Shown here one piece after another: positions 1 to 8,021 of a stretch of DNA of 64,000 nt. Within the stretch, counting starts at the first letter, position 1. The number at the start of each line of letters is the position of its first letter. The translations under genes and the position numbers were made by a program. The stretch comes from Clostridia bacterium (GTDB lineage: Bacteria > Bacillota > Clostridia > Peptostreptococcales > Acidaminobacteraceae). The stretch covers positions 17,390 through 81,389 of the forward strand of contig JACUUV010000004.1 of the NCBI GenBank assembly GCA_014859095.1, given 5' to 3'. The notes beneath the pieces were generated by a model. It saw only the letters and a list, made by a program, of their open reading frames with translations. It was not told where the DNA came from and ran no database searches.

Positions 1-260
1 CATCAAATGGAACTGACGGCATACATGTCAGCTTTGATATGGACAGCATGGATCCTGTATTTGTTCAAGGTACCGGTACTCGAGTTCCAGGTGGTTTGAC
101 TTATCGTGAGAGTCATTTTGCACTAGAAATGATTGCACTTACAGAAAAAGTAGTCAGCGCAGAGTTCGTTGAAGTCAATCCTTTGATTGACAACAACAAT
201 GAAACAGCAAAATCGGCAGTTGCTCTTATTGGTTCTTTAATGGGAGAATGGTTGATTTAA
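1..260 (+). CDS. rocF: arginase (ureohydrolase family), C-terminal part; 5' end outside window
   Basis: Frame is open from the window edge (...HVSFDMDSMDP...GGLTYRE...EFVEVNPLID...AVALIGSLMGEWLI-stop). It carries the ureohydrolase metal-binding motifs SxDxDxxDP, GGLTxRE and E-V-NP and an arginase-type C-terminus. Confidence 0.8.
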   Translation, partial: SNGTDGIHVSFDMDSMDPVFVQGTGTRVPGGLTYRESHFALEMIALTEKVVSAEFVEVNPLIDNNNETAKSAVALIGSLMGEWLI

Positions 261-269
261 TTAAAAAAT

Positions 270-312
270 AACACCTTTTGGACGAATGATGCTGTCTAGA
301 AGGTGTTTTTTG
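270..312 (+). terminator. putative intrinsic terminator after arginase
   Basis: AACACCTT ... AAGGTGTT arms followed by TTTTTTG. The loop is long, so this is only moderately convincing. Confidence 0.45.
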
Positions 313-477
313 TTTACAATGTGGATCAATTATGGTTATAATTCTAGTTAATAAGTCAAATTGACAAAAGAGGATAAGATGAAATACTCCAATGCTTTTT
401 GGTGCGATGGTCATCTTGATGGGTACTTATTTGGTAGTGAGAAAACCAAAACCCATTGTTGAGATATAGGTGAGGAT

Positions 478-1296
478 ATGAAGATTAAATTGCACAAACT
501 GGGCATGCGCACCATCAAAACAGCAATGGCTGTGACCATAACACTGTTGATTTGTGACATCCTCAATATAACCAATCCTTTTTTTGCAGCCATTGCAGCG
601 ATTATCGCCATGGAATCGTCTATATCAGCAACCTTCAGTACTGTCAAAGATAGAATTTATGGAACAATTCTAGGTGCAATCTTGGCTTTAGTGTTTTCAT
701 GGATTTTCCCGATCAATTGGCTGTCCATGGGTTTTGGAATACTGATAGTGATTTATGTGTGCAACCAGTTTGGGTGGCAAGGTACCATCAAAATTTCTAC
801 GATTGTCTTCATAGCGGTTCTCTTGGGATATGAAGCAGGTAATCGCTGGGAATATGCCGTGTTTAGGATTATTGACACAATCATAGGTTTGACTATCGGT
901 ACCTTGATCAATTATTATGTCTTTCCACACAATATGGGTGGAGAAATCTATAGGGTGGTTGACGACTTGTTGCCTGATTTGAACAAAATGCTGGAAACTA
1001 TCGGATCACATGAGGAAAATTTTGAACTCGATACCCTGAGAAGTGAACTCTCTTTGCTTGAAGACCGATTCAACATACTCAAAAAAGACATCAAGCTTCA
1101 TGTGAATCCCGCATATGATTCCGAAACATTCAAAGCCATTATTGACAGACTCGAAATGCTATATGTACACTTGGCGGTGATCGACAATTTGGATCATCAA
1201 GAAGATAATGTTGTGATTGTGGAGTATCATATAAAATGTGTGATTGATATTATTGTTGCAGTCAATAGATTGAAACACGAATTAGACCAAATATGA
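478..1296 (+). CDS. aromatic acid exporter / FUSC-like (UPF0421) membrane protein
   Basis: N-terminus MKIKLHKLGMRTIKTAMAVTITLLI...NPFFAAIAAIIAMESS...RIYGTILGA is typical of the YgaE/YqjA-type FUSC-like family. It has 4-5 TM helices followed by a soluble helical tail. Confidence 0.65.
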   Translation: MKIKLHKLGMRTIKTAMAVTITLLICDILNITNPFFAAIAAIIAMESSISATFSTVKDRIYGTILGAILALVFSWIFPINWLSMGFGILIVIYVCNQFGWQGTIKISTIVFIAVLLGYEAGNRWEYAVFRIIDTIIGLTIGTLINYYVFPHNMGGEIYRVVDDLLPDLNKMLETIGSHEENFELDTLRSELSLLEDRFNILKKDIKLHVNPAYDSETFKAIIDRLEMLYVHLAVIDNLDHQEDNVVIVEYHIKCVIDIIVAVNRLKHELDQI

Positions 1297-1297
1297 A

Positions 1298-1308
1298 TGG
1301 GGACAGGT
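1298..1308. repeat. left arm of 11-bp perfect inverted repeat TGGGGACAGGT
   Basis: TGGGGACAGGT at 1298..1308. Its exact reverse complement ACCTGTCCCCA lies at 1879..1889. An 8-nt direct repeat CAGGTACC also occurs at 1304..1311 and 1864..1871. Confidence 0.6.
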
Positions 1309-1312
1309 ACCG

Positions 1313-1338
1313 GGATCAGCGTTCGCTGATCCTTTTTT
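1313..1338 (+). terminator. intrinsic terminator
   Basis: GGATCAGC-GTTC-GCTGATCC hairpin followed by TTTTTT. Confidence 0.7.
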
Positions 1339-1363
1339 GTGTCCTGTTATATGTAGATTGTGG

Positions 1364-1783
1364 TCAATTCATCCCGTAAACAGATTCCAAGAACCTCAAG
1401 GAAGTGACTTCACCGAAAAATTTGAATCTTGAACTCAGTTCAACAACCATAATATATTCATCGTATTTGCATCCGGATAGTTCAAATGATTTGATAAATT
1501 GATCCATCGATCCGAAGGTACTGATGACTTCAAGCATATGGTTGGCGTTGTAGACAATTGCATTGATTTTGTGCGGGTTTCGTAGCATGTCAGGGTCACT
1601 GTAGATGTCACTCAGCTTTTGTTCATCGTACTTTGCGACTTCTCGAAAATCAGAAAAATGTGACAAGATACAGTCCCATTTCTTTTCTACAACAGAATTT
1701 TTGATTCCAGAGCCGAAAACTGTAGCCATCATGAGCTCAAAAAAAACATGATCAGAGATGTAGGGTCTTTTGGATTCATTCAA
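1364..1783 (-). CDS. DNA-3-methyladenine glycosylase I (Tag)-like protein, N-terminally short
   Basis: FFELMMATVFGSGIKNSVVEKKWDCILSHFSDFREVAKYDEQKLSDIYSDPDMLRNPHKINAIVYNANHML aligns by eye with E. coli Tag (LFEMICLEGQQAGLSW...IIRHRGKIQAIIGNARAYL). The N-terminal zinc/substrate segment (CGW...HDNEWG) is absent. Confidence 0.5.
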   Translation of the reverse strand: MNESKRPYISDHVFFELMMATVFGSGIKNSVVEKKWDCILSHFSDFREVAKYDEQKLSDIYSDPDMLRNPHKINAIVYNANHMLEVISTFGSMDQFIKSFELSGCKYDEYIMVVELSSRFKFFGEVTSLRFLESVYGMN

Positions 1784-1878
1784 AATTAATACCTCCTAAA
1801 ATATGGTAATTTAAGAATATCATATTTTCCACAAAATGTAAAATGATTAGAAGGTTAAGTTTTCAGGTACCAGTTTTG

Positions 1879-1889
1879 ACCTGTCCCCA
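1879..1889. repeat. right arm of 11-bp inverted repeat (ACCTGTCCCCA)
   Basis: Exact reverse complement of 1298..1308. The two arms bracket the Tag-like gene. Confidence 0.6.
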
Positions 1890-1947
1890 ATTGGATAAGA
1901 GATAAAATTGTGTTAAGATATTATTATTATGAACACGGGGAGAGCAA

Positions 1948-3000
1948 ATGGAAACTTTAAAATTTAAATCGGTCAGTCTGGCAATACTTGCAGCGGCACT
2001 TTATGGAATCAGTGCTCCGGTGTCCAAACTCCTGCTCGCTGAATTGTCACCGACACTCATGGCTGCACTCCTTTATCTAGGGGCTGGTGCGGGAATGCTG
2101 GGAGTGAACTTGGTCAACCAACTGTTTAAACGTGAACGCATGGAAGCGAAAATGACAAAGAAAGAACTGCCATTTATCATTGGTATGGTCGTTCTGGATA
2201 TCATAGCTCCAATTTTTCTGATGACGGGTCTTCTTTTAACAACTTCATCAAATGCCTCACTGCTCAACAACTTTGAAATCGTGGCGACTTCCATGATAGC
2301 GCTATTCATTTTTAAGGAGTCCATCGGCAAAAGAATGTGGGTGGCCATTGGACTTATAACTCTTTCAAGCATCATCTTATCCGTTCAGGATTTCAGTAGT
2401 TTATCATTTTCAATTGGTTCTGTGTTTGTACTCTTGGCATGTATCAGCTGGGGATTTGAGAACAACTGCACCAGGATGCTTTCAATGAAGGATCCACTAC
2501 AAATCGTTGTGATAAAAGGCTTTGGATCTGGAGTAGGTGCATTGATCATAGCGCTCTTTTTGAAGGAAACAAGTGGACCGATTCTGTACATGTTGATTGC
2601 ATTGTTACTTGGATTTGTGGCTTATGGGCTCAGCATCTATTTTTATATCAAGGCTCAAAGAGAACTTGGTGCAGCGAGAACCAGTGCCTATTACGCGGCG
2701 GCGCCATTTATCGGTGTTGTGGTTTCTTGGATCTTTCTTCGTGAAGGCATAACAGGGTCATTTGGAGTTGCTCTTGTCATTATGCTGCTCGGAAGCTATT
2801 ATGCTGTGACTGAAGATCATCAGCATGATCATGTCCACCACGAGGAAGTGCACGAGCATAAACACAATCATATGGATGGACATCACAATCATACTCATGA
2901 TTATGATGTCATTGGTGAGCACTCACATGAACATTTGCATACGAAGAAAATTCACAAGCACGAGCACACGCCGGATCTTCATCATAGGCACTCTCATTAA
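1948..3000 (+). CDS. EamA/DMT-family transporter with histidine-rich C-terminal tail
   Basis: About 288 aa of 10-TM EamA-type sequence (AALYGISAPVSKLLL..., ...YYAAAPFIGVVVSWIFLRE...). The last 62 aa contain 24 His (EDHQHDHVHHEEVHEHKHNH...HHRHSH). Confidence 0.75.
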   Translation: METLKFKSVSLAILAAALYGISAPVSKLLLAELSPTLMAALLYLGAGAGMLGVNLVNQLFKRERMEAKMTKKELPFIIGMVVLDIIAPIFLMTGLLLTTSSNASLLNNFEIVATSMIALFIFKESIGKRMWVAIGLITLSSIILSVQDFSSLSFSIGSVFVLLACISWGFENNCTRMLSMKDPLQIVVIKGFGSGVGALIIALFLKETSGPILYMLIALLLGFVAYGLSIYFYIKAQRELGAARTSAYYAAAPFIGVVVSWIFLREGITGSFGVALVIMLLGSYYAVTEDHQHDHVHHEEVHEHKHNHMDGHHNHTHDYDVIGEHSHEHLHTKKIHKHEHTPDLHHRHSH

Positions 3001-3271
3001 GTGTAAATGAAGTATAAAAAAAAACTATCGATCATGACTCAGAAAAGTCAATCAAGATTTATCTTGATGAAGAGTTAGTCCATGAGGGCGAGTGGAATGA
3101 TGACGAAAGTGATTGAGAAGAGTATTTATTTTCAGAATGGACTTTTGACTCACAAAATTTTTATGTTCATCTTCTTTTGATCAGGATTGCATTTCTATAA
3201 ATTGGACATGCAATCGCATATCTATTAAAATGAGGGGTATCAATAGCATATGTAAATAAGAGGAGGTTACT

Positions 3272-3619
3272 ATGCGTAATTTATTTCAAATTTCAAATCA
3301 AAGAGAAATTGAAAAGATGAAATCAGATTTTCATAAGAAGATTTGTTTGGCTTTTTTAGTAGGAACTGTTATCGCCTTGGCGTTCGGGTTATTGTTTGCA
3401 CCGAAATCAGGGAAAGATTTGAGAGAACAGGTAAAGAAAATATGTAAAAATTATAGAAAGAAAGTGGATAGTGAGCTATATGTCGGGAATGTTAATTCAG
3501 ATATTTTTCACTTGAGCTCGTGTGTTCATCTGCCAAACTCAGATAACCGAATCGTTTATAGAAACCGTGATGAAGCAATTGCATCCGGCAAGAATCCTTG
3601 CCATAGTTGCAATCCATAA
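3272..3619 (+). CDS. YtxH-like membrane-anchored protein with C-terminal Cys/His (zinc-ribbon-like) motif
   Basis: Strong SD (AAGAGGAGG). N-terminal segment FLVGTVIALAFGLLFAPKSGKDLREQVKK is YtxH-like. C-terminal motif is FHLSSC-x23-PCHSCNP. Confidence 0.5.
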   Translation: MRNLFQISNQREIEKMKSDFHKKICLAFLVGTVIALAFGLLFAPKSGKDLREQVKKICKNYRKKVDSELYVGNVNSDIFHLSSCVHLPNSDNRIVYRNRDEAIASGKNPCHSCNP

Positions 3620-3644
3620 GAATAGAATTGGGAGGAGTTAGAAA

Positions 3645-3902
3645 ATGAAGCAAGTGAAACTATATACAACAAAATTTTGTCCATACTGCCTTAGAGCGCT
3701 GAAAAAACTGGATCAAAAGGGTGTGGAATATACCAATATCAATGTATCAACGAATAGGGAAGCGTTTGATGAAATCATGAAAGAAACCGGCTGGGATTCA
3801 GTGCCACAAATTTTCATTGATGGTGTTTTCATTGGTGGTTGCGATGATTTGTATGCACTTGATGACCAAGGCAAACTCGATGAACTATTGGGGGTGGGAT
3901 AG
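3645..3902 (+). CDS. grxC: glutaredoxin
   Basis: CPYC active site (LYTTKFCPYCLRA), then TVPQIF-type SVPQIFIDGVFIGGCDDL and a GrxC-type C-terminus. Confidence 0.8.
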   Translation: MKQVKLYTTKFCPYCLRALKKLDQKGVEYTNINVSTNREAFDEIMKETGWDSVPQIFIDGVFIGGCDDLYALDDQGKLDELLGVG

Positions 3903-4582
3903 TGAATAATAACATCAGAGTCGTTCACTTTTACCACAGTGGTGTAATGGTTGAGACAAAAAACAGCCAATTATATTTTGATGTGATCAGTGATCAACGA
4001 TCCTTTGTGGATGTAAATAAAAAACAATTTTATTTTGTTTCGCATGCACACAATGATCATTATGATCCCAAAGTGTTTCAGGTATCGAGTCACAATACAT
4101 TCCTCATTTTTTCGGACGATGTTGATGACCACCCGGAAGGACATATTATTACACGGGTCGAGCCAAACAAGATTTATGAGATTGATAATATTGTCATTAA
4201 AACATTCGATTCTACAGATTCTGGAGTCGCTTTTTTGGTTGCAATCGATGGCATGAGTATCTTTCATTCCGGCGACCTTAATTGGTGGCACTGGGAGAAT
4301 CGTCCCGTTCTTGAGCAAAGAAATGAGGAGATGGCATATAAAGCCATTGTATCCAATCTGGATGGAGAAAAAATAGATATCGCTTTTGTGCCTATAGATC
4401 CGAGATTAAAATCCGCAGCTTCACTTGCCGTACGTCATTTTATCGAAATGGTGGATGTCAAAACCGTTTTTCCGATTCATTTTGGTGAATCCTTCAAAAT
4501 TCTAAATGAAATTCTCATAAATGAAATCAAAGATGAAAGGGTAAAACCCGTTACTAAACGAAATGAAAGTTTTGTTGTTTAA
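3902..4582 (+). CDS. MBL-fold metallo-hydrolase
   Basis: HxHxDH motif (VSHAHNDHYD), a downstream H...D (FHSGDL) and PIHFG. The GTG start overlaps the grx stop. Confidence 0.55.
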   Translation: MNNNIRVVHFYHSGVMVETKNSQLYFDVISDQRSFVDVNKKQFYFVSHAHNDHYDPKVFQVSSHNTFLIFSDDVDDHPEGHIITRVEPNKIYEIDNIVIKTFDSTDSGVAFLVAIDGMSIFHSGDLNWWHWENRPVLEQRNEEMAYKAIVSNLDGEKIDIAFVPIDPRLKSAASLAVRHFIEMVDVKTVFPIHFGESFKILNEILINEIKDERVKPVTKRNESFVV

Positions 4583-4599
4583 GACCAAGAGGAATTGTT

Positions 4600-4932
4600 A
4601 TGGTTTTTGATCAGGTCAAATTTGAAATATTTATTCCTTGTGAATATTTGACTGCTTTACGTGATGCACTTCATGGTGTGGGGGCTGGAAAAATCGGTAA
4701 TTATGATCACTGTCTATCCGTATCCGAAGTATCTGGCTTTTGGAGACCACTTGATGGGTCAGAGCCTTTTGATGGAACAATCGGAGAGGTGAGCTCAGGT
4801 CACGAGTGCAAAGTAGAAGTAGTTTGCAGCAGCAAGATTGTGGAAAATGTGATAGAGGCGATCAAGGTTGTCCATCCATATGAGGAACCAGTCTTCAATA
4901 TCATCCCACTGCTCAACTCGTTATATCCCTAA
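4600..4932 (+). CDS. stand-alone NIF3/YqfO insert-domain (PII-like fold) protein
   Basis: KFEIFIPCEYLTALRDALHGVGAGKIGNYDHC...FWRPLDGSEPFDGTIGEV...VHPYEEPVFNIIPL matches the conserved insert domain of YqfO/NIF3-family proteins. Confidence 0.55.
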   Translation: MVFDQVKFEIFIPCEYLTALRDALHGVGAGKIGNYDHCLSVSEVSGFWRPLDGSEPFDGTIGEVSSGHECKVEVVCSSKIVENVIEAIKVVHPYEEPVFNIIPLLNSLYP

Positions 4933-5009
4933 GATTAATCTATTATTAATGGTTTCTTAATTATTATGGTTTATAATTAGACATAAACTAATTAAAAGAG
5001 GTGCACAAA

Positions 5010-5579
5010 ATGAAAAAAGGTTTAATTGTATTAATCGTAATTGGAGTAATTATTGCTTCATTGGCAGGAATGGTAATCTCAAAATACAATCAACTGGTTG
5101 TTTTAGATGAAGAAGTCAATATGTCACTTAGTCAGATTGACAATCAGCTTCAAAGAAGAAATGACTTGATTCCAAATTTGGTAGAGTCAGTTAAAGCATT
5201 CGCCAAACAAGAAAGAGAAATATTTGAAAGTGTTGCCAATGCTCGTGCAGCCATGATGAGCGCCGGTACTGTAGAACAGAAAGATGCAGCAAATGCAGAA
5301 CTTACTGGATCGCTTTCAAGATTGATCGCAATTTCAGAAAGTTATCCAGAGTTAAAGTCTGATGAAAATTTCAGACAACTTTCTGATGAACTTGCGGGAA
5401 CTGAAAATAGAATTGCGACTGCAAGAATGGATTATAACAATGTTGCCAGAAAATACAACAGTGTCGCCAAGCGTTTTCCTATGAACATTTTTGCAGGGAT
5501 GTTCGGATTTGATGATGCTATATACTTTGAGGCCAGTGAAGGTGCAGATCAAGTTCCGACAGTAGATTTCGGAAACTAA
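5010..5579 (+). CDS. lemA: LemA family protein
   Basis: N-terminal TM helix, then YNQLVVLDEEV...QLQRRNDLIPNLVESVK...ERE...ENRIATARMDYN..V..YN, the typical LemA pattern. ATG at 5010 with SD AAGAGG is preferred over GTG at 5001. Confidence 0.8.
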   Translation: MKKGLIVLIVIGVIIASLAGMVISKYNQLVVLDEEVNMSLSQIDNQLQRRNDLIPNLVESVKAFAKQEREIFESVANARAAMMSAGTVEQKDAANAELTGSLSRLIAISESYPELKSDENFRQLSDELAGTENRIATARMDYNNVARKYNSVAKRFPMNIFAGMFGFDDAIYFEASEGADQVPTVDFGN

Positions 5580-5592
5580 AGGAGGTTGCGAC

Positions 5593-6348
5593 TTGAAAAA
5601 AAGTATTGCGGCAATCCTGATGCTCATTGTCATCTTTGTAATGCCCGTGACTTTTGCAGCAACATATCCTAATCACACCAGAGATTTTTATGTCAATGAT
5701 TTTGCGGATGTATTATCCAGTGAGACAGAGCAGATGATTATGGAAACGTCTGTGGCGCTTTCAGAAGCTACTGGAGCACAGATCGTGGTAGTGACAATTG
5801 ATTCACTTGACGGTCAGGATATTGAATCCTACTCCACGGGTTTGTTTAGAGAGTGGGGCATAGGAGATGAGAAAAAAAACAACGGTCTACTCCTGCTTGT
5901 CGCTATTGAAGACAGGCGATCAAGAATTGAAGTGGGATATGGACTTGAAGGTGCGCTCAACGATGCGAAGACGGGGAGAATTCAGGATGAATATCTCATA
6001 GCAAATTTTCAAGCCGGAGATTATGATGCTGGAATCGCAGGAACTTATTTGAGATTGGCTGAAGAAGTTTATGCTGAATATGAATTGAGTGTTGAGGATC
6101 TTCAGAGTTCCAAGGCTTACTATAACCCGGTTGAAACAAAATCGGATTCTGAATTTACAATTTTTAATCTCCTCATAGGCATTGTAATTTTCATTCTGAT
6201 GATATTGGATTTGATTTTTAACAGAGGTAGATTGACACGCCTTGCATTATACGCTTTGGCAAGAGGCTCCAAAGGTTCATCACGAGGTGGCGGATTCGGA
6301 GGAGGCGGTGGAAGCAGTGGAGGCGGAGGAAGTTCAAGAAGTTGGTAA
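5593..6348 (+). CDS. TPM-domain protein (YgcG-like) with Gly/Ser-rich C-terminus
   Basis: Signal/TM segment, then YVNDFADVLS...GAQIVVVTIDSLDG..IE.Y....F..WGIG....NNG.LLLVA..DR..RIEVGYGLEG (TPM phosphatase fold). A TM helix and a GGGFGGGGGSSGGGGSS tail follow. The LemA-TPM pairing is a known conserved gene pair. Confidence 0.8.
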   Translation: MKKSIAAILMLIVIFVMPVTFAATYPNHTRDFYVNDFADVLSSETEQMIMETSVALSEATGAQIVVVTIDSLDGQDIESYSTGLFREWGIGDEKKNNGLLLLVAIEDRRSRIEVGYGLEGALNDAKTGRIQDEYLIANFQAGDYDAGIAGTYLRLAEEVYAEYELSVEDLQSSKAYYNPVETKSDSEFTIFNLLIGIVIFILMILDLIFNRGRLTRLALYALARGSKGSSRGGGFGGGGGSSGGGGSSRSW

Positions 6349-6376
6349 ACGAAAACACAGAATACGAATAATAAAG

Positions 6377-6417
6377 AAAACCCCCGCTACAGTTTAGACT
6401 GCAACAGGGGTTTTTTG
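6377..6417. terminator. bidirectional terminator between convergent genes
   Basis: AAAACCCC...GGGGTTTT arms with A/T runs on both sides. Confidence 0.5.
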
Positions 6418-6422
6418 TGTAT

Positions 6423-7871
6423 CTATTTCTTTTTGTTCAATCTTCTCATCCAGAAATCGGCATTTTTGATGCCAAGAGCTTCTGGGTTGAATACTGGATC
6501 GATACCGAGTTTCTTTTGAGCTTCATAATCTTTAAGTGTGGTAACACCGATTTTTGTGAGCAATAAGATTGCAACAAGGTTGAGCCAAGCCATTAAACCA
6601 ACGCCTACATCACCAAGTGCCCAAACAGCACCAGTTGAGTTGATAGCGCCAACAAATGTCATAACAAGCAATAAGACTCTTGTTACATTGAACACCAATT
6701 TGTGGTTCTTGAAGTTTCTAGCGATGTAAGCCACGTTTGATTCTGCATAGTAGTAATATGCCATCAGTGTTGAGAAAGCAAAGAAGAATAATGCGATTGC
6801 TACAAATCCTTTACCAAAACCAGGGATGAATGTGTCAAGCGCCATTTGTGTGTACGCCGGACCAGGTTGAACACCCGCGATATTTTCGACCAAGACGTTA
6901 CCAGCTTGATCATAAATGTTGTACATTCCAGTGATCAAGATCATGAAAGCTGTTGCAGAACATACGAAAAGTGTGTCTACGTAAACAGAGAACGCTTGAA
7001 CCAAACCTTGCTTGGCAGGGTGAGATACTTCAGCAGCTGCCGCAGCAATTGGACCAGTACCTTGTCCAGCTTCGTTGGAGTAGATACCACGCTTAACGCC
7101 CCACATGATTGCTTGTCCAAGAACCGCACCTGTTGCAGCTTTTGCACTGAATGCATGAGAGAAAATCAATTGGAGTACGCCAGGAATTTTGTCAAGATTA
7201 AGTACGATAATGATTACTGCTACGATGATGTAAGCTATTGCCATGAAAGGAACAATTATTTCCGCAGCTTTACCGATTCTTTTAACACCACCGAAGATGA
7301 TGAGTCCGAGCAATACAGCTACAATTGCTCCAGTAGCCGCTGTAGGAATGTTGAAAGCTGTATTCATGGAAGAAGCGATACTGTTCGCTTGAATTCCTGG
7401 TAAGAAAAATCCACAAGCTACAATTGCTGAGATTGCGAATAAGATACCATACCATTTTTGGCCAAGGCCTTTTTCGATGTAGTAAGAAGGTCCACCACGG
7501 AATTCTCCGTCCATTTCTTCTTTGTAAACTTGTGCAAGAGCAGATTCGATATAAGCTGAACCTGCACCAAGGAATGCGATTGCCCACATCCAGAATATTG
7601 CACCAGGACCGCCGAAACCAATAGCTGATGCAACGCCTGCGATATTACCTGTTCCTACACGACCACCAAGAGCCATCGCGAAAGATTGGAATGAAGAAAC
7701 GCCTGAATCAGAACTTCCGCCGCCAAAGAGTTGTTTTACCATATCTTTGATCAAACGAACCTGTGGAAATCTCATGATCACAGAAAAGAATATACCTGCG
7801 CCGAGACATAGCCAAACAAGCCAGTTTGACCAGATTATGGTGTTTAGAAAATCTACAACATCATTAAACAT
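6423..7871 (-). CDS. alanine/glycine:cation symporter (AGCS family)
   Basis: MFNDVVDFLNTIIWS..., FQSFAMALGGRVGTGNIAGVA.AI..GGPGAIFWMW is the typical AGCS signature. The start is set at ATG 7871 (SD AGGGGG) because the 19-codon extension to 7928 contains the sigma-54 promoter. Confidence 0.85.
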   Translation of the reverse strand: MFNDVVDFLNTIIWSNWLVWLCLGAGIFFSVIMRFPQVRLIKDMVKQLFGGGSSDSGVSSFQSFAMALGGRVGTGNIAGVASAIGFGGPGAIFWMWAIAFLGAGSAYIESALAQVYKEEMDGEFRGGPSYYIEKGLGQKWYGILFAISAIVACGFFLPGIQANSIASSMNTAFNIPTAATGAIVAVLLGLIIFGGVKRIGKAAEIIVPFMAIAYIIVAVIIIVLNLDKIPGVLQLIFSHAFSAKAATGAVLGQAIMWGVKRGIYSNEAGQGTGPIAAAAAEVSHPAKQGLVQAFSVYVDTLFVCSATAFMILITGMYNIYDQAGNVLVENIAGVQPGPAYTQMALDTFIPGFGKGFVAIALFFFAFSTLMAYYYYAESNVAYIARNFKNHKLVFNVTRVLLLVMTFVGAINSTGAVWALGDVGVGLMAWLNLVAILLLTKIGVTTLKDYEAQKKLGIDPVFNPEALGIKNADFWMRRLNKKK

Positions 7872-7917
7872 ACAATTTCCCCCTATTAAATTATAATGGA
7901 TTACAAATATAGTTAAA

Positions 7918-7932
7918 GCAATTGTCATGCCA
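7918..7932 (-). promoter_or_regulatory. sigma-54 (-24/-12) promoter of the AGCS symporter gene
   Basis: Minus strand reads TTGGCATGACAATTGCT (GG-N10-GC), against the consensus TGGCAC-N5-TTGCW. It lies about 45 nt upstream of ATG 7871 and next to a sigma-54 activator gene. Confidence 0.75.
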
Positions 7933-7977
7933 ATGCACTCATTAAGGAATTACAACATGTTTATTAATATCTTGTAA

Positions 7978-8021
7978 CAAAAAACGAGAAATAAATTTCT
8001 CGTCATGAAATTTATTTCTCG
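7978..8021 (-). terminator. intrinsic terminator after the response-regulator gene
   Basis: 15-bp stem CGAGAAATAAATTTC / GAAATTTATTTCTCG with a 7-nt loop, followed on the minus strand by TTTTTTGT. It overlaps the stop codon at 8012..8014. Confidence 0.75.

Noticed and set aside
2812-2997. His-codon run as a regulatory leader or an assembly artefact.
   Set aside because: It is the in-frame 3' end of a long EamA ORF with mixed CAT/CAC codons and interspersed Asp, Glu and Lys. It is not a separate mini-ORF and not a simple repeat.
3001-3271. A 270-nt intergenic region scanned for a riboswitch or small ORFs (23-aa and 31-aa ORFs, and a CAAGAT-TT-ATCTTG hairpin).
   Set aside because: No conserved riboswitch core is recognisable. 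The mini-ORFs lack an SD, and the hairpin has no T-run.
7872-7928. 19-codon N-terminal extension of the AGCS symporter ORF.
   Set aside because: It contains the sigma-54 -24/-12 promoter and has no SD. ATG 7871 has SD AGGGGG and gives the normal family N-terminus.
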